A stretch of 64,000 bases of DNA from Eledone cirrhosa (GCA_964016885.1 OZ024742.1:134974001-135038000); one strand, 5' to 3'. Shown: positions 29,421-44,176, counted from the stretch's first letter. A program made the numbers and translations. Notes: generated from the sequence alone by a model not told the origin.

Positions 29421-29650
29421 ATCATCGCTTTCGAAATCGTCATCAACTTCCTCTACGTCGTTTCTTCATCACATCACGATCTATCACAAAGTAAATGTCG
29501 CATATCAGTGAAATATCTATTAATTTCACTTTGAAACCATATGAACATTTACCATCTAAGTTTGCTGAATTACATTATTGAGGAAGGAATATATCGTTTC
29601 GCCTAATATAAGTATATATCTTTGCGTTGATGTGAAGTGAATGTGTGTGT

Positions 29651-29896
29651 TTGAGATTATCTTATACTTATTTCAAGTTCATTGTATCTAAATCACTGTA
29701 TTCAAAGTTGAGGAAGTTCATTTACTCGGTCTCTTTTCTTCTATCTAATTAGTGTTTATATATGGGAAAGTCACAGTCAAAAATCATCTTTTGTTGGGGA
29801 TATAATTTATATCAGTTAATCTAACCTAAATATCTTTCGGGAATAAGGTGGGCGGTAGGGATCAGCAATCTTGATTAACACAGTTTTTTTTAATCG
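29651..29896 (+). repeat. Second copy of the 240-bp dispersed repeat (20511-20753)
   Basis: Direct alignment by eye. Confidence 0.9.
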
Positions 29897-31562
29897 TCAA
29901 ATATATGTATATATATTCGTATATATTAATTACCACTTTCATTATGATCCTTATATATTTATACGCACACAAACACAATCACACACACTATAATACGCAC
30001 GAACAGCCCATACACATATACGTATACAACCACGTATATGTACACACGCACACATGCACAGACACACAATCGACCTATTCATTATTTTAACCGAAAAGAA
30101 TTCTAATTAAAAACGATTCTTATAACTACATTAAATTTGCCTTTAAATGTTCATATACACATTTATGTATAAAGCGAGCTATTTAAACACATCTATTACA
30201 TATATATATATATATTTATACTACATAGGTATTGATCAAATATCCTCATAATCCCTGATCTAAATGAGTTGCTTTCCTCCAATACTGAAAGTCAGCTCAA
30301 AGGTCTGGGACCTATTGAAACGTAGTAATCGGCACACATATTCTCAATCCATCCACGTATCTCCATCTCTTAACCCAGCGGAATAGATCAACAAAAAACG
30401 GTATCAGCATGTACTAACCAGCAAACAGATTGAATATGTTGCAGTTTGGCAATGGTGCGGTTAACTTCGTTAAGTAACACTAAAGTGCGATGTACAAAGA
30501 TGACTCAATACAGTGTCTAGCATAAGCGTCAGTTAAGAATCTGAGATTTGTGCTCTAGGCGGGAATTGTAAAATTCCGTCTACTATATACTCTGTAGAAC
30601 ACGGAGCTACAGAATACTGGGGTGTTGCTGCCTCTAAGTGTAATATAATGCATCTGCCATGCGAAGTAAGCCTCAGCCAATATGCCAAAGAATATCAAGA
30701 ATATGTTCCTGATACGTTTTAGATGTGAGAAGAGCCTGTTGCTAATACGTATCCCTTTACCAAAGGGTTACATGGGGTCAGGGACAATGGTTATCTCATG
30801 TACACATGTACTACATAGGGGAATGTATCGGCCATCCCATGAGAGAGAAAAAAATCAAACGAAATAAAACTATCATCCATCGGCAAATCAAAATTAAATA
30901 GAGTTTGGTATGAGGGAAACATCTGTGGAAGGCGATAACAAGGCGACTTCTACCTCAGGCCCCAGTGATGTACCCTCCATAGCTTAGGATTTTTATGCAG
31001 ATCTCCCGATCCCTTTATGGTAGATATTGAATGATATGTAGAGCGGGGAATGTTGAATAACAGTTTATTCGTGTCCATGTGGTTTGGATTCCGAATGATG
31101 AAAACACCATGAATATCGATCAGTTCAATCAACCTCAATGTATTATCAAAGAAAAAACAGTTTCTAGCACCATGTCCCATTATGTCACACTTACAAACGG
31201 GATGATGTACGTGGTTTCTTGGATCAAAGTTGCGTATTCATGCAGCTTATCAGAGCAACATATGCGATCAGTTCCAATATTGTAGTTATATTGTTTTGAT
31301 GAAACAAATGCCAACTGTTCCATACAATTCAGGGTAGTTGAGCTTCAACTGCAGCCCATTATATCACTTGTACTGTCAATGAATTGAATCTAGATTCTAA
31401 TTTACAAACATAATTTCAATATCCGTGTCATTTATATGTCAGGAACATTTTACATACAACGAATCAAGGAATGACTAGTCAAAGCTTCAGACCTCCAATA
31501 AATTTCAGTACCATTTGTCCCTATCATTCTAGGTTCTGATTCGGCAGTTGTAAAAGTAAAAG

Positions 31563-31600
<38 letters not shown>

Positions 31601-32048
31601 TTCAAGAGAAACCAATTTTAAAGAGAGAGATGGAGATAGTAGAGGAGATATGAGAGGAGAGATTGGTGAGTTAGTTAGAAGCCAAAGCGTAAAGGCATGT
31701 GCTCAATGTGCAATATGCAGTAGAAAGCAGCTAGGTGGCTGGGTTAATGCAGAAGTTGGGTGCGCAGAGCTGTAAATATTCATTAGGACATTATTATTAT
31801 TAATAATATTATTGCTGGCCTTGTGCCAAAAGTAGAAACAATTATCATTAATATTATTATTATTGTTATACTTTGGGAGGGTCATATCGGTTTCAACACA
31901 CGATTTCAGATAAAGAATCTTGCTAAACAAATTCAGAAACGAATTATTATTATTATTCTCTACATTCCTTACATCAAACTAAAATATGTTGACAAACTTT
32001 TAATAATGTCTTTCTTGTGAAGTTTGTGGCCTTGTTTTGCTTAACTAA

Positions 32049-32086
<38 letters not shown>

Positions 32087-32088
<2 letters not shown>

Positions 32089-32195
32089 AAAAAAGTATGA
32101 CCCCGACGGCAGAGCTCAAGCCGTTTCGACGGCTATTTCTGGACTATAGCTTTCGAAACGGCTTGATCTCTGCCGTTGGAGTCATCATTTTTCCT
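32087..32195. repeat. Fold-back hairpin (~45-bp arms) within (TA)n
   Basis: atgaccccgacggcagagctcaagccgtttcga / tcgaaacggcttgatctctgccgttggagtcat. Confidence 0.85.
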
Positions 32196-32266
32196 ATTTC
32201 CCACTCTACTACCCTAAGTACTCTCGTGCGTTATGGTCCATCTGGTTCCTTACCACAATTCCTTTG

Positions 32267-32305
<39 letters not shown>

Positions 32306-32325
32306 TATAGATATATAGATATATA

Positions 32326-33116
32326 CGCGGTGTGTCAGAAAAGTTCCAGGACTGGTGTCACAAAAGATTTATTTCAAACCCAAACTTCACACCAGGAATG
32401 TTCTCCTTCAAAGTAATCCCCGTGGAGTATATGACTGTAATCTTAGCTCTCTGCAGCGATCAAACTTTTTTCTTCATCATTTTATATACATGTCCTCTGT
32501 TTCAGGTCGTCAAGCAATGAGCACAGAGCAAAGAACAAACTTGACGTTTCTTGTACGGTTGGGAAAAACTCTGTCAGAAGCACTGGGATTGCTGCAGCAA
32601 GTCTATGGAGATGAGACGATGTCAAGCTCACGTGTTTTTGAGTGGTGCAAGATGACGCCAGGAGCGGAAGGCCCTCAACAAACAGGACTGAGGTCAACGT
32701 TGAGCGCGTCAGGCAGATGGTGCGTATCGATCGTCGGATGACTGTTCGACTGATGGCAAATGAGCTGGGCATGAATCAGGACAGCGTATGGAAGATTCTC
32801 ACTGAAGATTTGGTCATGCGGAAAGTCTGCGCGAAGATGATGCCAAAACTGCTGAACAATGACCAGAAGGGTCGTAGCATGCAATTGTTCGAGGACATCC
32901 TCGAGCGTCTTGAAGACGTGGAAACATAAAAAAGGCGGAACTGCGGGGGAACCCGGATGAATCCTTCCAGAAGTGCATGCAAGCGTGGCAGAAACGGAAG
33001 GAAAAGTGCATTAGACTCCAGGGCGATTACTTTGAAGGAGAACACTTTTAGTGTGAATTTGGGTTTGAAATAAATCTTTTGTGACATCAGTCCTGCAACT
33101 TTTCTGATACAACTGG
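32326..33116 (+). mobile_element. Mariner (Tc1/mariner) deletion derivative
   Basis: TA-flanked, ~105-bp imperfect TIRs. Transposase from ATG 32518: MSTEQRTNLTFLVRLGKT..QQVYGDETMSSSRVFEWCK / DDARSGRPST..DRRMTVRLMANELG..RKVCAKMMPKLL, then jumps to C-terminal WQKRKEKCIRLQGDYFE; DD34D core deleted. Confidence 0.92.
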
Positions 33117-33124
33117 TATATATA

Positions 33125-33183
<59 letters not shown>

Positions 33184-33210
33184 ATATATATTAATGATAT
33201 TATAAATGAT

Positions 33211-33560
33211 GTTTTATAAATACTGACATATCCAGGAATGAGACATTAACGGTTCAAGTTTTACCTGGATAGTCAACTATCCAGATAAAACTGGATAGTC
33301 AACTATCCAGATAAAACTTAAACCGTTAATGTCTCATTCCTGGATATGTCAATATTTATAAAACAAGCTTTGTATTTTATCTGATGAGATCGTACCAACG
33401 TTTAGGTAACCTTGTAATATATATAATAGAAGAAATATGATTTTATAAATATAGTTGCCATCTATTAATACCATTGATATTTTGCTCCATAAAACTTGTC
33501 GAGTGTTTCGAACCTGTTATAAATATTTATAATGTTTGTTGAATTACCAACAAATTAAAT
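33211..33560 (+). mobile_element. Penelope-type remnant: fold-back 33211-33364 plus degenerate hammerhead 33375-33432
   Basis: Inverted arms around a duplicated ctggatagtcaactatccagataaaa. ttttat-CTGATGAG..GTAA-tatata-TA-atagaa and the downstream sequence parallel 46160-46265. Confidence 0.6.
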
Positions 33561-33582
33561 ATCCTTTTGCTTATATTTATAT

Positions 33583-33750
<168 letters not shown>

Positions 33751-33809
33751 GGTTATTTTGGGAGCCACAACAATGCAGATGGCTAAATCTCACGGTAACA
33801 GAATCAGGT

Positions 33810-34393
33810 GGTAATGAGAGTGAAGTAAGAGGAAATGTAATATGAGACGTATAGGGTGTAGAGGAACTTAGGAAAGAGTGCAAAAAATAATAACACAAGA
33901 TAGAGTTACCTTTGGAAGTGATTTAATTGTCCCTATACACGATAGACAACAGAGGCCACGTGTTGTCCCTCTCCGACTAAAAACATTCCCTCCCGGAAGA
34001 CCACTAGTTGATGGATGCGAAATCCGAAATATAGGGACAATTAAATCATTTCCAAGGTAACTGTATCTCTTGTTATTATTTTTACACGTTATTATGTTTA
34101 CAGGGCGGTGGATTGGCAGTATCGGCAGAGCGTCGGACGCCATGCTTTGACATTCTGAGTTCAAATCCCGTCGAAGTTGACTATGCCTTTCATCCTTACG
34201 GGGTCAATCAAATAAAGTACCAGTAATGCACTGAGTAATTGCTGGCCTTGCGCCAAAAGTAGAAACAATTATATTTACACTCTTTTGGTGGGATTGTGCC
34301 AATAGTAGAGACAATTATTTTTACACTCTTTCCTATGTTCCTCTACACCCTATACGCCGCATTCTACATTTCCTCTTACATCTCTCACATTGC

Positions 34394-34397
<4 letters not shown>
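33810..34397 (+). mobile_element. Fold-back (PLE-type) element whose right arm is interrupted by a SINE
   Basis: 33810-33938 is the reverse complement of 34030-34087 + 34313-34397; hammerhead-like GGAT gcgaa ATCC GAAA TATA GGGA at ~33987-34037. Confidence 0.65.
34102..34272 (+). mobile_element. tRNA-derived SINE
   Basis: ggcggtggattggcagtatcggcagagcgtcggacgcc head, gagttcaaatccc B box, core and tail. Confidence 0.88.
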
Positions 34398-34466
<69 letters not shown>

Positions 34467-34561
34467 CGGGTTGAATCGGATGTAAATAAGCTACTCAATA
34501 CATAGCAGAGTATACAAGTTTTAATGTAGATGAGATTTTACAGGACTAGAACAGTTTCATT

Positions 34562-34628
<67 letters not shown>

Positions 34629-34631
<3 letters not shown>

Positions 34632-35534
34632 TATGTATACGTAAATACATATATGTATACAGACGTACAGTAGTATGTATATACATACATGCATGCACAC
34701 ATACATATATGTACGTATGGGTTTGCCGAACATTTATTATAATGTTCGGTTTCGTTTGTAAACAAACAGTCCGAATTATGCCGTACAGTGTTCGGCAACC
34801 ATCGTAGCCCTTTTGTTCAAAATTGACAAAGGAACGATGAACTAGATTCTACCTGATTAGCTGTCATCAGCACCGTATACCTTCCTGTCAGTCGATTGAA
34901 TGTTTGAAAGTATATACTTTCCTTATGCATATTAACGGCTGAGCAACCTAATTTGCATATCGAGTGAGTTAGTCGGCCGTGTGTGCATGTTTGTGTGTAT
35001 ATACATACTACTGTACGTCTGTATACATATATGTATGTACGTATAGATACTTATATTTAAGTATCAGCCGTACTAAGTGTGAGAAATTAAATTTTCGTTT
35101 CATTCTTTTCCATATATCGTTTTCGGTATGCCCAGCCGACAAACTCACTCGATATGCAAATTAGGCTGCTCAGCCGTTAATATGCATGAGGAAAGTATAT
35201 ACTTTCAAACGTTCAATCGACTGACAGGATGGTATACGGTGCTCATGACAGCTAAATAGCTAGAAACTAGTTCATCGTTCCTTTGTTAGTGTTGAACAAA
35301 AGGGCAACAATTGTTGCCGAACACTGTACGGCTTAATTCGGGTTGTTTGTTCACAAACGAACCGAAAATTATAATAAATGTTCGGTAAACCCATACGTAC
35401 ATATATGTATGTGTGCATGTATGTATGTATATGCATACGCTTGTACGTCTATATACATATATGTATGTACGTATAGATACTTATATTTAAGTATCAGCCG
35501 TACTAAGAATGAGGAATGATATTTCATTTTCTCC

Positions 35535-35537
<3 letters not shown>
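34629..35537 (+). mobile_element. Diverged subfamily copy of the 466-bp hammerhead repeat: inverted arm 34629-34977, direct part 34978-35537
   Basis: Colinear with the 14.3 kb unit. Hammerheads at 34835-34875 (-, GAAA->GAAT) and 35237-35277 (+, CTCATGA); ATGCAAAT and gaaagtatatactttc conserved. Confidence 0.85.
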
Positions 35538-35633
<96 letters not shown>

Positions 35634-35658
35634 CATACATATACATACACACACACAT

Positions 35659-35691
<33 letters not shown>

Positions 35692-35720
35692 AATACATAC
35701 ATATACATACACACACACAT

Positions 35721-35843
<123 letters not shown>

Positions 35844-36254
35844 GTGATTCAGTGTATTACTAGTGTTGTTATGAAAGCAAATACGCGGTGCACATGCAGA
35901 GTCTATATATTAAGGAAAATGGTGAATGTGCATGTGCATGTGCTTAGTTTTTTATTGAGTATCGAACTTTTAGGCGCTTTTCGTAGAGGATTATCTGAAG
36001 GAAAACCATAGAAGTTATGGACCCGACTCCATTATCGATACGCTGATCAGACTGGTGATTTGATAAAAAGTGCAGTGTTTGTTGAGATTTATAAGAAGTT
36101 GGCTAGAGATAAGTATCAGTCCTATTTCTTTTCGAGGATGTGAGTATTTAAATTGATAACTAGGGCTACATGATTGCATATATATACTCATTCTCTTGTG
36201 TGTGTTTGTGTTTTTATTCATATATGCCTTTGTCCTTGAAATGTACGCGCAAAT

Positions 36255-36568
<314 letters not shown>

Positions 36569-36976
36569 CTATGTGTGTGTTTCTGTGTGTGTGTGTGTGT
36601 TTCTATGTGTGTTTGTGTGTGTGTGTCTGATGCTGTCGATCAAACATTTCTTTTCCAGTTTGAAAATGTCCTTAAAGATGAAAAAAATCATTACTAACAC
36701 CTCCAATATATCAAAGATAGGGCCTTAAACTAAATATACTGATGTCATGGAGAACACCAAGACCCTGAAATTAGTAGGACAAAGGGTGCCATTACTGGTG
36801 AAATCCCTGCACTTCACCCTTAAGGACCACAATCTAAACATCCATAAAAAAGATCCCCACACACTCGGACATTGGATCCATTGGCAAAAAAATCCCCGAG
36901 GAAGTCATTCCAGCATTCCGAGAAACCTCATCACTCCCGCTCTCGAGCAGAAGATCTGAGGTAATAATTTGCTTCC

Positions 36977-37054
<78 letters not shown>

Positions 37055-37791
37055 ATAATAATAAATTTTCAGACTAAAATCCAAAGAGGGCTCTATAAGG
37101 ATAAATATATATAAAAATTTATAAGAACCCTAGAGCAAATAATTATTAAAATAACAGATTAATGTTTAAGCAAAGAATGGCTGCTTTCACCCTTAACGGG
37201 ATCTTCTGAAACTAAAAACATCAATCTGTGAACGCAGAAGTAAATATTTCGAAAAACGTTGCAAACGAAGGAAAACAGGGAGACGATACTTTGGTCCGTG
37301 AAGACGTTCCCTGTCAAAGAACGGAAAAAAGCGAAAATAATACGTCATTATTTGGATCGATGATAACAATTACACGCAAATACAAAACACGTTTATGGTG
37401 TAAAAGAAGTCGTAGACTAATATTCTATTTAGGAAACCGAATGATTCCCGTCTTCAGAGTTAAGAATAACGTAAATAAATTAGTAGAACGAACATGACAG
37501 AGGTTATTGAAATCAACAATAATTAAATATATACATACACACATCCATATACATACATACACATGCGTACGCGAAAACACCCGCCATGCATGCATAAACG
37601 AGCACGTACACATAAACACGCGCACACATACATAAACCCGAGCGACACCTGTACCCGCACACATACGAACGTATGATACATAAAGGTAAGTATGCATACG
37701 TACACACACACACGCACACACATACGCACACACACACACACACACATACATACCCACACTCACACACACACACACCCACACACACACAAAC

Positions 37792-37824
<33 letters not shown>

Positions 37825-38162
37825 TATATACATACACATATGTACGTATGTACTTATATCATAAGCCCGAACGCAAACACGTAAACATGCATGCGTAGAA
37901 TCGTGTAAACACATGAATGGAGAGAAATAAAAAGTGTATGGATAATGTGCTCGTAAGTGGGCCTATGTGTGTCTTTATGAGTCTAGTGGCCTTCTATATT
38001 CGTCGTTATGTGCATAGTTCAATGTTAGGTATTGTGTGCTTAGTTCTAGTCTATTATTGATTTGCGGGTGGTTTCTGGCTTGATTATTGCTTCCTTAATT
38101 CTTAGATTACCGAGGTTTATTTATTTTGTTTCAACCATAACTGTTATTTTGTGGTGTTTTCG

Positions 38163-38305
38163 CAAACTGCCTAAGAGGACAGAGACCAGTGGCCAGTGCT
38201 CAACCTCTTTCAATATTTTCTATATTCAATCTGCCTATCAGCATTCTCTGTATTGTCACTCTGTTGAGAACTGGCCGCTGGTCTCTGTCATCTGAGGCAT
38301 GTTTG
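38163..38305. repeat. Fold-back hairpin, ~43-bp arms
   Basis: caaactgcctaagaggacagagaccagtggccagtgctcaac / gttgagaactggccgctggtctctgtcatctgaggcatgtttg. Confidence 0.85.
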
Positions 38306-38948
38306 TATATTACTGTCTTCCACAGAATTTGGCTGTTATAACGGCTGTTCCACTGATGAGTCTACTCAGATTTATACGTATTCAAAAACACCCTCGCCTC
38401 GTGTCGATCAGAGGCAACATTGTCTTTTTCCTTTAACTTTATTATAGCTATGATTAGCTTTCTATTTAGGTCGACACCACAGCTTCAGGTCCACTATCAC
38501 GTTGTTTTCTTTGATGTCTTTCGACCTTCTATCTGTGCAGTTTGCTTTATTACACATACACATCAAGCTGGAAGAAAACTTTAATTTCTGTTTCACGATC
38601 TTGCACTTTTAAATGATTCTCTCAATTAAATCGTGCGAAACAATTTTGCTGGTTTCAGCTCTGACGAGGGTGAAGATGTGTGCGTGTAAATTTGTCCTGT
38701 ACATCGCCATTCATTGTTTTCTTCTATGCGCCAACATACTTCTCCTCCACCTCCTCCTATTTCACTCTTTTCTATATTTCATCTGCCTGTCACCCATCTT
38801 GTAGAATATCTCTCTGTCGACCACTGGCCGCCGGTCAATGTACTCTGATGCATTTTGTTCATGGGTGTATTTGACAGCATTTAGCCGTTTTAACGACGGT
38901 CCTAGCGATGAGTTTTCTCATTTATTTATATATATATGTGTGTGTATT

Positions 38949-38974
<26 letters not shown>

Positions 38975-38984
<10 letters not shown>

Positions 38985-39165
38985 CTTGTGTGTGTATATT
39001 CTTGCGTCTATGTGTTTGTGGGTATGTGCTTGTTTATTTATGTATGTGTGATTATGTGTACCTGTGTGTGTGTGTGTGCTTGTGTGTGTATATTCTTGCG
39101 TCTATGTGTTTGTGGGTATGTGCTTGTTTATTTATGTATGTGTGATTATGTGTACCTGTGTGTGT
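38975..39165. repeat. Tandem duplication of a ~90-bp GT-rich unit
   Basis: gcttgtgtgtgtatattcttgcgtctatgtgtttgtgggtatgtgcttg...gtacct occurs twice. Confidence 0.9.
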
Positions 39166-41093
39166 GTGTGTGCAAGTGTTATCTATTTTCTTCGTCAGTA
39201 CATATATTTGGTTAAATCAATCTCACTGCTGTAAATTTGTTTATGATGATTTCTCTATTAATTATCAGGCTGGTGAGAGAATAATTTTCGGTAATATGAG
39301 GCTCATAAAACTGATTGGGTGTTCTTTACTTATCTCATCCGCTAAACATTACATTGATACTACACTAATCAATATTTACCGGAGTTGTACTAATTAAAGC
39401 AGTGATCTGATCAATCATTAGCATATGGACAAGCTCATGAGAATTTTACCTGCTAGGAAATCAAGCTATAACAATTTCAATTCATACACTATCACCTTAA
39501 AACTACTCTGGACAATTTAGTTTTATATATGCAAAACAGAAATTGAGAAGAGCCTGGACGTGACGCCTTTCAGTCAAGTTCAGGTTGATTAGGGCTTACT
39601 TAAAATATACGGAGATACACATATATTCAAGTATTTAGACCTTGTTGCATTTTTTTCATGGAAACAATATCAGCACAAATGTTGTGACATGATACAATCT
39701 GCTCAACTCTGAGCCTGATGTGCAGTACTGCATAGAATAATCGATTGGAATTCATTGACCTTTTTTAATATGCCTAATCCATTTTTAATATATTTCTTTA
39801 TAAATTTACATTTTGGGTTCTATAGAGATTTTTTTTGTTTTTCTCTCAATTTCATATGAATATTATCTTTTATTACTTTTTCAGAGAGAAAATTGTTAGA
39901 ACGTTTACTTGTTTATGTTTTATAAAATTTTTTTATTATATTCCTCTTTATTATTGAATATGTGTGCATATTTATGGTATTCATAAATTTTCTGGTATGT
40001 TCGTAAACATATACACACGCACTTGCACAGAAGCACACATAAATACATACCTATATACATACATTCGTAATCATGTGAATGCTCCAGAATGTGCAGCAAA
40101 TTAGTTAACATAGAAAAGTATAACCAGCTGCATGAAAAAGAAAACACCTGCTCGCTAGTAATTCATATGCAAATATTCAAATTTGTACAATCATACAATA
40201 GATTTTAACATATTAAAAGAAAATCAAATATAAAGTAGGTAGTTAAGAATATAATTTTAACTCATTTCAGAAAACAAACGATAAAAGCATTAGAAAAACG
40301 AAAAGCCAACGATTATATAATGCTTTCAAAGCGTCTATTTATTTTTTTATTTTTATTTTTAGTAGTGGATTTTATTATTTTCCATTTAAAAGATGATATG
40401 GAAGAATTCTAATGAGATTCTCTTATGAAACTGGAGAATTTTTACTAAACGAATTTGTCCTTCAAATTGAATGATAGATGAAAACGTCTCACTCGATATT
40501 ATGCTCTTCTCTCGTATTTCTTTCAAAATCCATTTTTTATTGTTTTTTACTTAAAATTTCCGTGAGGTTTTTGTAATTGCAAATTATTGATGAAATGCAT
40601 GAAACAATATACACATTGGCTATGTCTTTTATAACATATATTCAGCGGTTTCTCCCAAACAGCTTAGAATGATCCATTTATTAATATAGCATATAATTTT
40701 TCGACTCATTAAATACATTTATTTCATTGCTAAAAATCGGCGAATTTGATTGAAAGCAGGTTATTGAAATATATTTGTTAAAGCAAGTTATCATCATCAT
40801 CAGCAGCAGCAGCATCATTATGATCATCATATGATCATCATCATTATGACTGATCATCATCTTTAAGACTATGATCATCATCAATAGTAACAGCAGTAGC
40901 ATCGTCACCATCACCATCATCATCATCATCAGCATCGTCATCCTCATCGTCATTATCATTGTTATTGTTATTAATATTATTATTGTTTCTGTTATTATAA
41001 TTGTCATCAATCTTACCATCATTATTATTGTATAATTGCTGGCCTTGTGCCAAAAATAGGAACAATTATTATTATTATTATTATTATCATTAC

Positions 41094-41135
<42 letters not shown>

Positions 41136-41141
41136 AAGTAG

Positions 41142-41198
<57 letters not shown>

Positions 41199-41320
41199 AA
41201 CTAGTAGTAGTAGTAGTAGAAGTAGTGTTATCCTCCGCATCAACGTCCGCCTTCTCATCATCATCATTATCGTCATAATCATCATCATCATTATCATCAT
41301 TATGATGCTGATCTTCACCA

Positions 41321-41512
41321 TTGTGGATTGGCAGTATTGGTAGAGGGTCGGACGCCATGCTTTGCAGCAAAGAGTTACGTCCATTTATGGTCTGAGTTCA
41401 AATCCCGCCGAGGTTAACTTTGCTTTTCATCCTTACGGGGTCGATAAAATAAAGCTCCAGTAATACACTCGGATAATTGCTGGCCTCGTGCCAAATGTAG
41501 AAACAATTATTT
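41321..41512 (+). mobile_element. tRNA-derived SINE; preceded by (TAG)n/(CAT)n tracts at 40790-41310
   Basis: Head, B box, core and tail as in the other copies. Confidence 0.88.
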
Positions 41513-42133
41513 ATAAGAATAATAATTTGTAAATTGTCAATTTTATGTCGTTTTATTATTTTTGTTCTACATTTCATTCTGTGGTCTTTGTTTTTTCCAA
41601 TTTACGAAAATCTGTAAATACACGAAAACAACAATGTTGCTGAAATTATTTTGCATTTAGTTTTGTTATAGTTGTTGTCAATTATTGTCCCCAACATCTC
41701 TTGCAAATTATATGGTTTATTTAAAAATAAAAAAGAAATTAAATGGCTCTCTCTTAAATTGCAAATTACCTAATTTTGTTTCCAAACAGTTAATTTTCAA
41801 TTCATTCATGTCTTTTGTTTTATTTTTGTTCTATAATCCCCAAAACAACCTCCAACACCACCATCTTCATGATCCTCACCATCATGATCATCAGCATTGC
41901 CTTCTTTCTAACTAACCAGCATCATTATAACCATTGTCATCATCATCATTATAGTGTCATGTTAAACGTTTCAATGGCGTAGTTTACTTTTAAAAGTTAT
42001 TAATGGTCATGTCTTATCTTGCAAATTACCTAATTAATTTATTTTTTAAATTACAATTCACCACATTCTTGAATAATAATAATAATGATGATAACAGTAA
42101 TATAAATAATAATTATTATTATTAGTTTTAGTA

Positions 42134-42164
<31 letters not shown>

Positions 42165-43487
42165 GATTATTATTATTATTATTATCATTATTGTTGTTGC
42201 TGTTGTTATTATTATCGTTGTTGTTGCTGATCATGATGCTATTGTTGTTTTTGTTATTAATTTTGTTTATTATTCAATATAAATTATATGAAGTTTTTTT
42301 TTTAATATATATATTTTAAACTTCATTTTATTTTCCAATTATTTCTTTATTTTGCCACTTTACTGTTTATAGATTTCTCCTAACATCGTCAATATTTCTA
42401 TAATAATATTAGAAAATTCCTAAACCAGCTCAGGAAATTCCATGATATTTTTTCTTGTTTATATTTCACCACCATATTTTGTATTTTATCTTTACCAATT
42501 CTCGCTGTCATTTTATCTAGATCCCTCTTTATACACCACACGTTATTATAGTTATCTCCCCCTCTCTAGAACCCTGCATTTCCTTTTATCTCTATATCAT
42601 TTTTTCTTTTCCTTTATTTCTCTTATTTTCCTAAGCACATTGACTAAATCATTCGCTTCCGTTAACTCTCCGATCAGCCTTGATATTTAAAATCATTACC
42701 ATTCCCTCGTTTATTTCGCGTTTGTCGAATTCAAACAAACTCTGGTTGGAAAAGACTGTTAACAAAATATTTACTTGTAACCTCGGTTAAATGCCTTAAT
42801 TTTAAAGCCCCTTTTAATGCCGTATCCAGAAATAACATAGTTGATAAACCATAGAATTACAAGAATTCCACTTAAACCATACATAAATGGATTCTGTTAG
42901 CGAATCTCCACAAGAAATTTTGAGAAATGGCGTCTAATAATTATGAGATCCGTTAAGGCATAATTCATAAAACTGCAACCACCCGATTCGACATATTTGT
43001 TTATTGATACAAGGGTTATATTCGAAACGAAGATATGTTTCCCTACAAATGTATTCATAATGTTTAAGAACAACTTATATGAAAGACTAGAACAAATATG
43101 TTTAAATATATACACTTATATATATTTTATGGATATGATCTCAAAACGATTGCATGCTACCAATTGTTTAAACCAGCAACGACATAGACATTCTATGTCT
43201 ATTATTTAGTTATCTTCAGTGAAAACCAAGATGGCTTAACCTTATTTCATATACAAATGTTCGTAAGATATAAAGGAGGTCATAATTTGGTAATTTTGTT
43301 GTTGTAAAAGTGAAGAAACATGTCTGTTATACATATATGTGTGTGTGTGTATGCATGCACAAACACATGTCCACACGCACACACACACATACGCCTACAC
43401 GCCCACACGCCTACTCGCACACACACCCATACGTCCACACGCCCACTTTCCCTCACGCCCACTCGCACATACGTACACATTTTTATG

Positions 43488-43535
<48 letters not shown>

Positions 43536-43673
43536 TCGTTATTCTTTGGGAGGGTCATGAAATGAAATATATACATATATATATATGTAAAGTTATATTT
43601 AAAATTGTTGGGTTACAACTAGTAAATATTTATAACTGATATAAAAGCACTCGACAAATATTTGGAGTATATT

Positions 43674-44141
43674 TACAATATTAAATAAATGGAAAACTAT
43701 ATTTATAAAACCATATTTATTTCATTATATATATTTCGGGGATATCATATTAACAATATGAAATGCCTTCATCAGACAAAATACAATATAAACAGTTTTA
43801 TAGATAAATATATTCGACATACCGTAATAAACATCAACTTCATTTGAAGAGGTTTACTCTAGCAGTGAAAATACAGAGAGAAAGAAAGAGAGAAAGAAAA
43901 GAGGGAAAAACGAAAGAAAGAAAGACAAAACGAAGAGAAGGAAGAAAAAGAAGAAAAAGAAAAAGAAGAAATGCATGGAACAAAATAGAGAGATGGAAAA
44001 ATAGATAAAGTGAAGAGCTTCATGTAAAGAGACAGAAAGATATATATATATAGAGAGAGAGGAAATAGAGATAGATACATATATATATATAGAAAATTAG
44101 GTAGTGGGAGGTCATTTTGAGTAAGTGTATCAATGATACAT

Positions 44142-44176
<35 letters not shown>

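Noticed and set aside
38353-38400. CTGATGAG as a hammerhead core
   Set aside because: No properly spaced GAAA/NUH or stem I partner found
40681-41384. 229-aa D/T/N-rich ORF
   Set aside because: Made of (TAG)n/(CAT)n/(ATT)n tracts and the antisense of a SINE head
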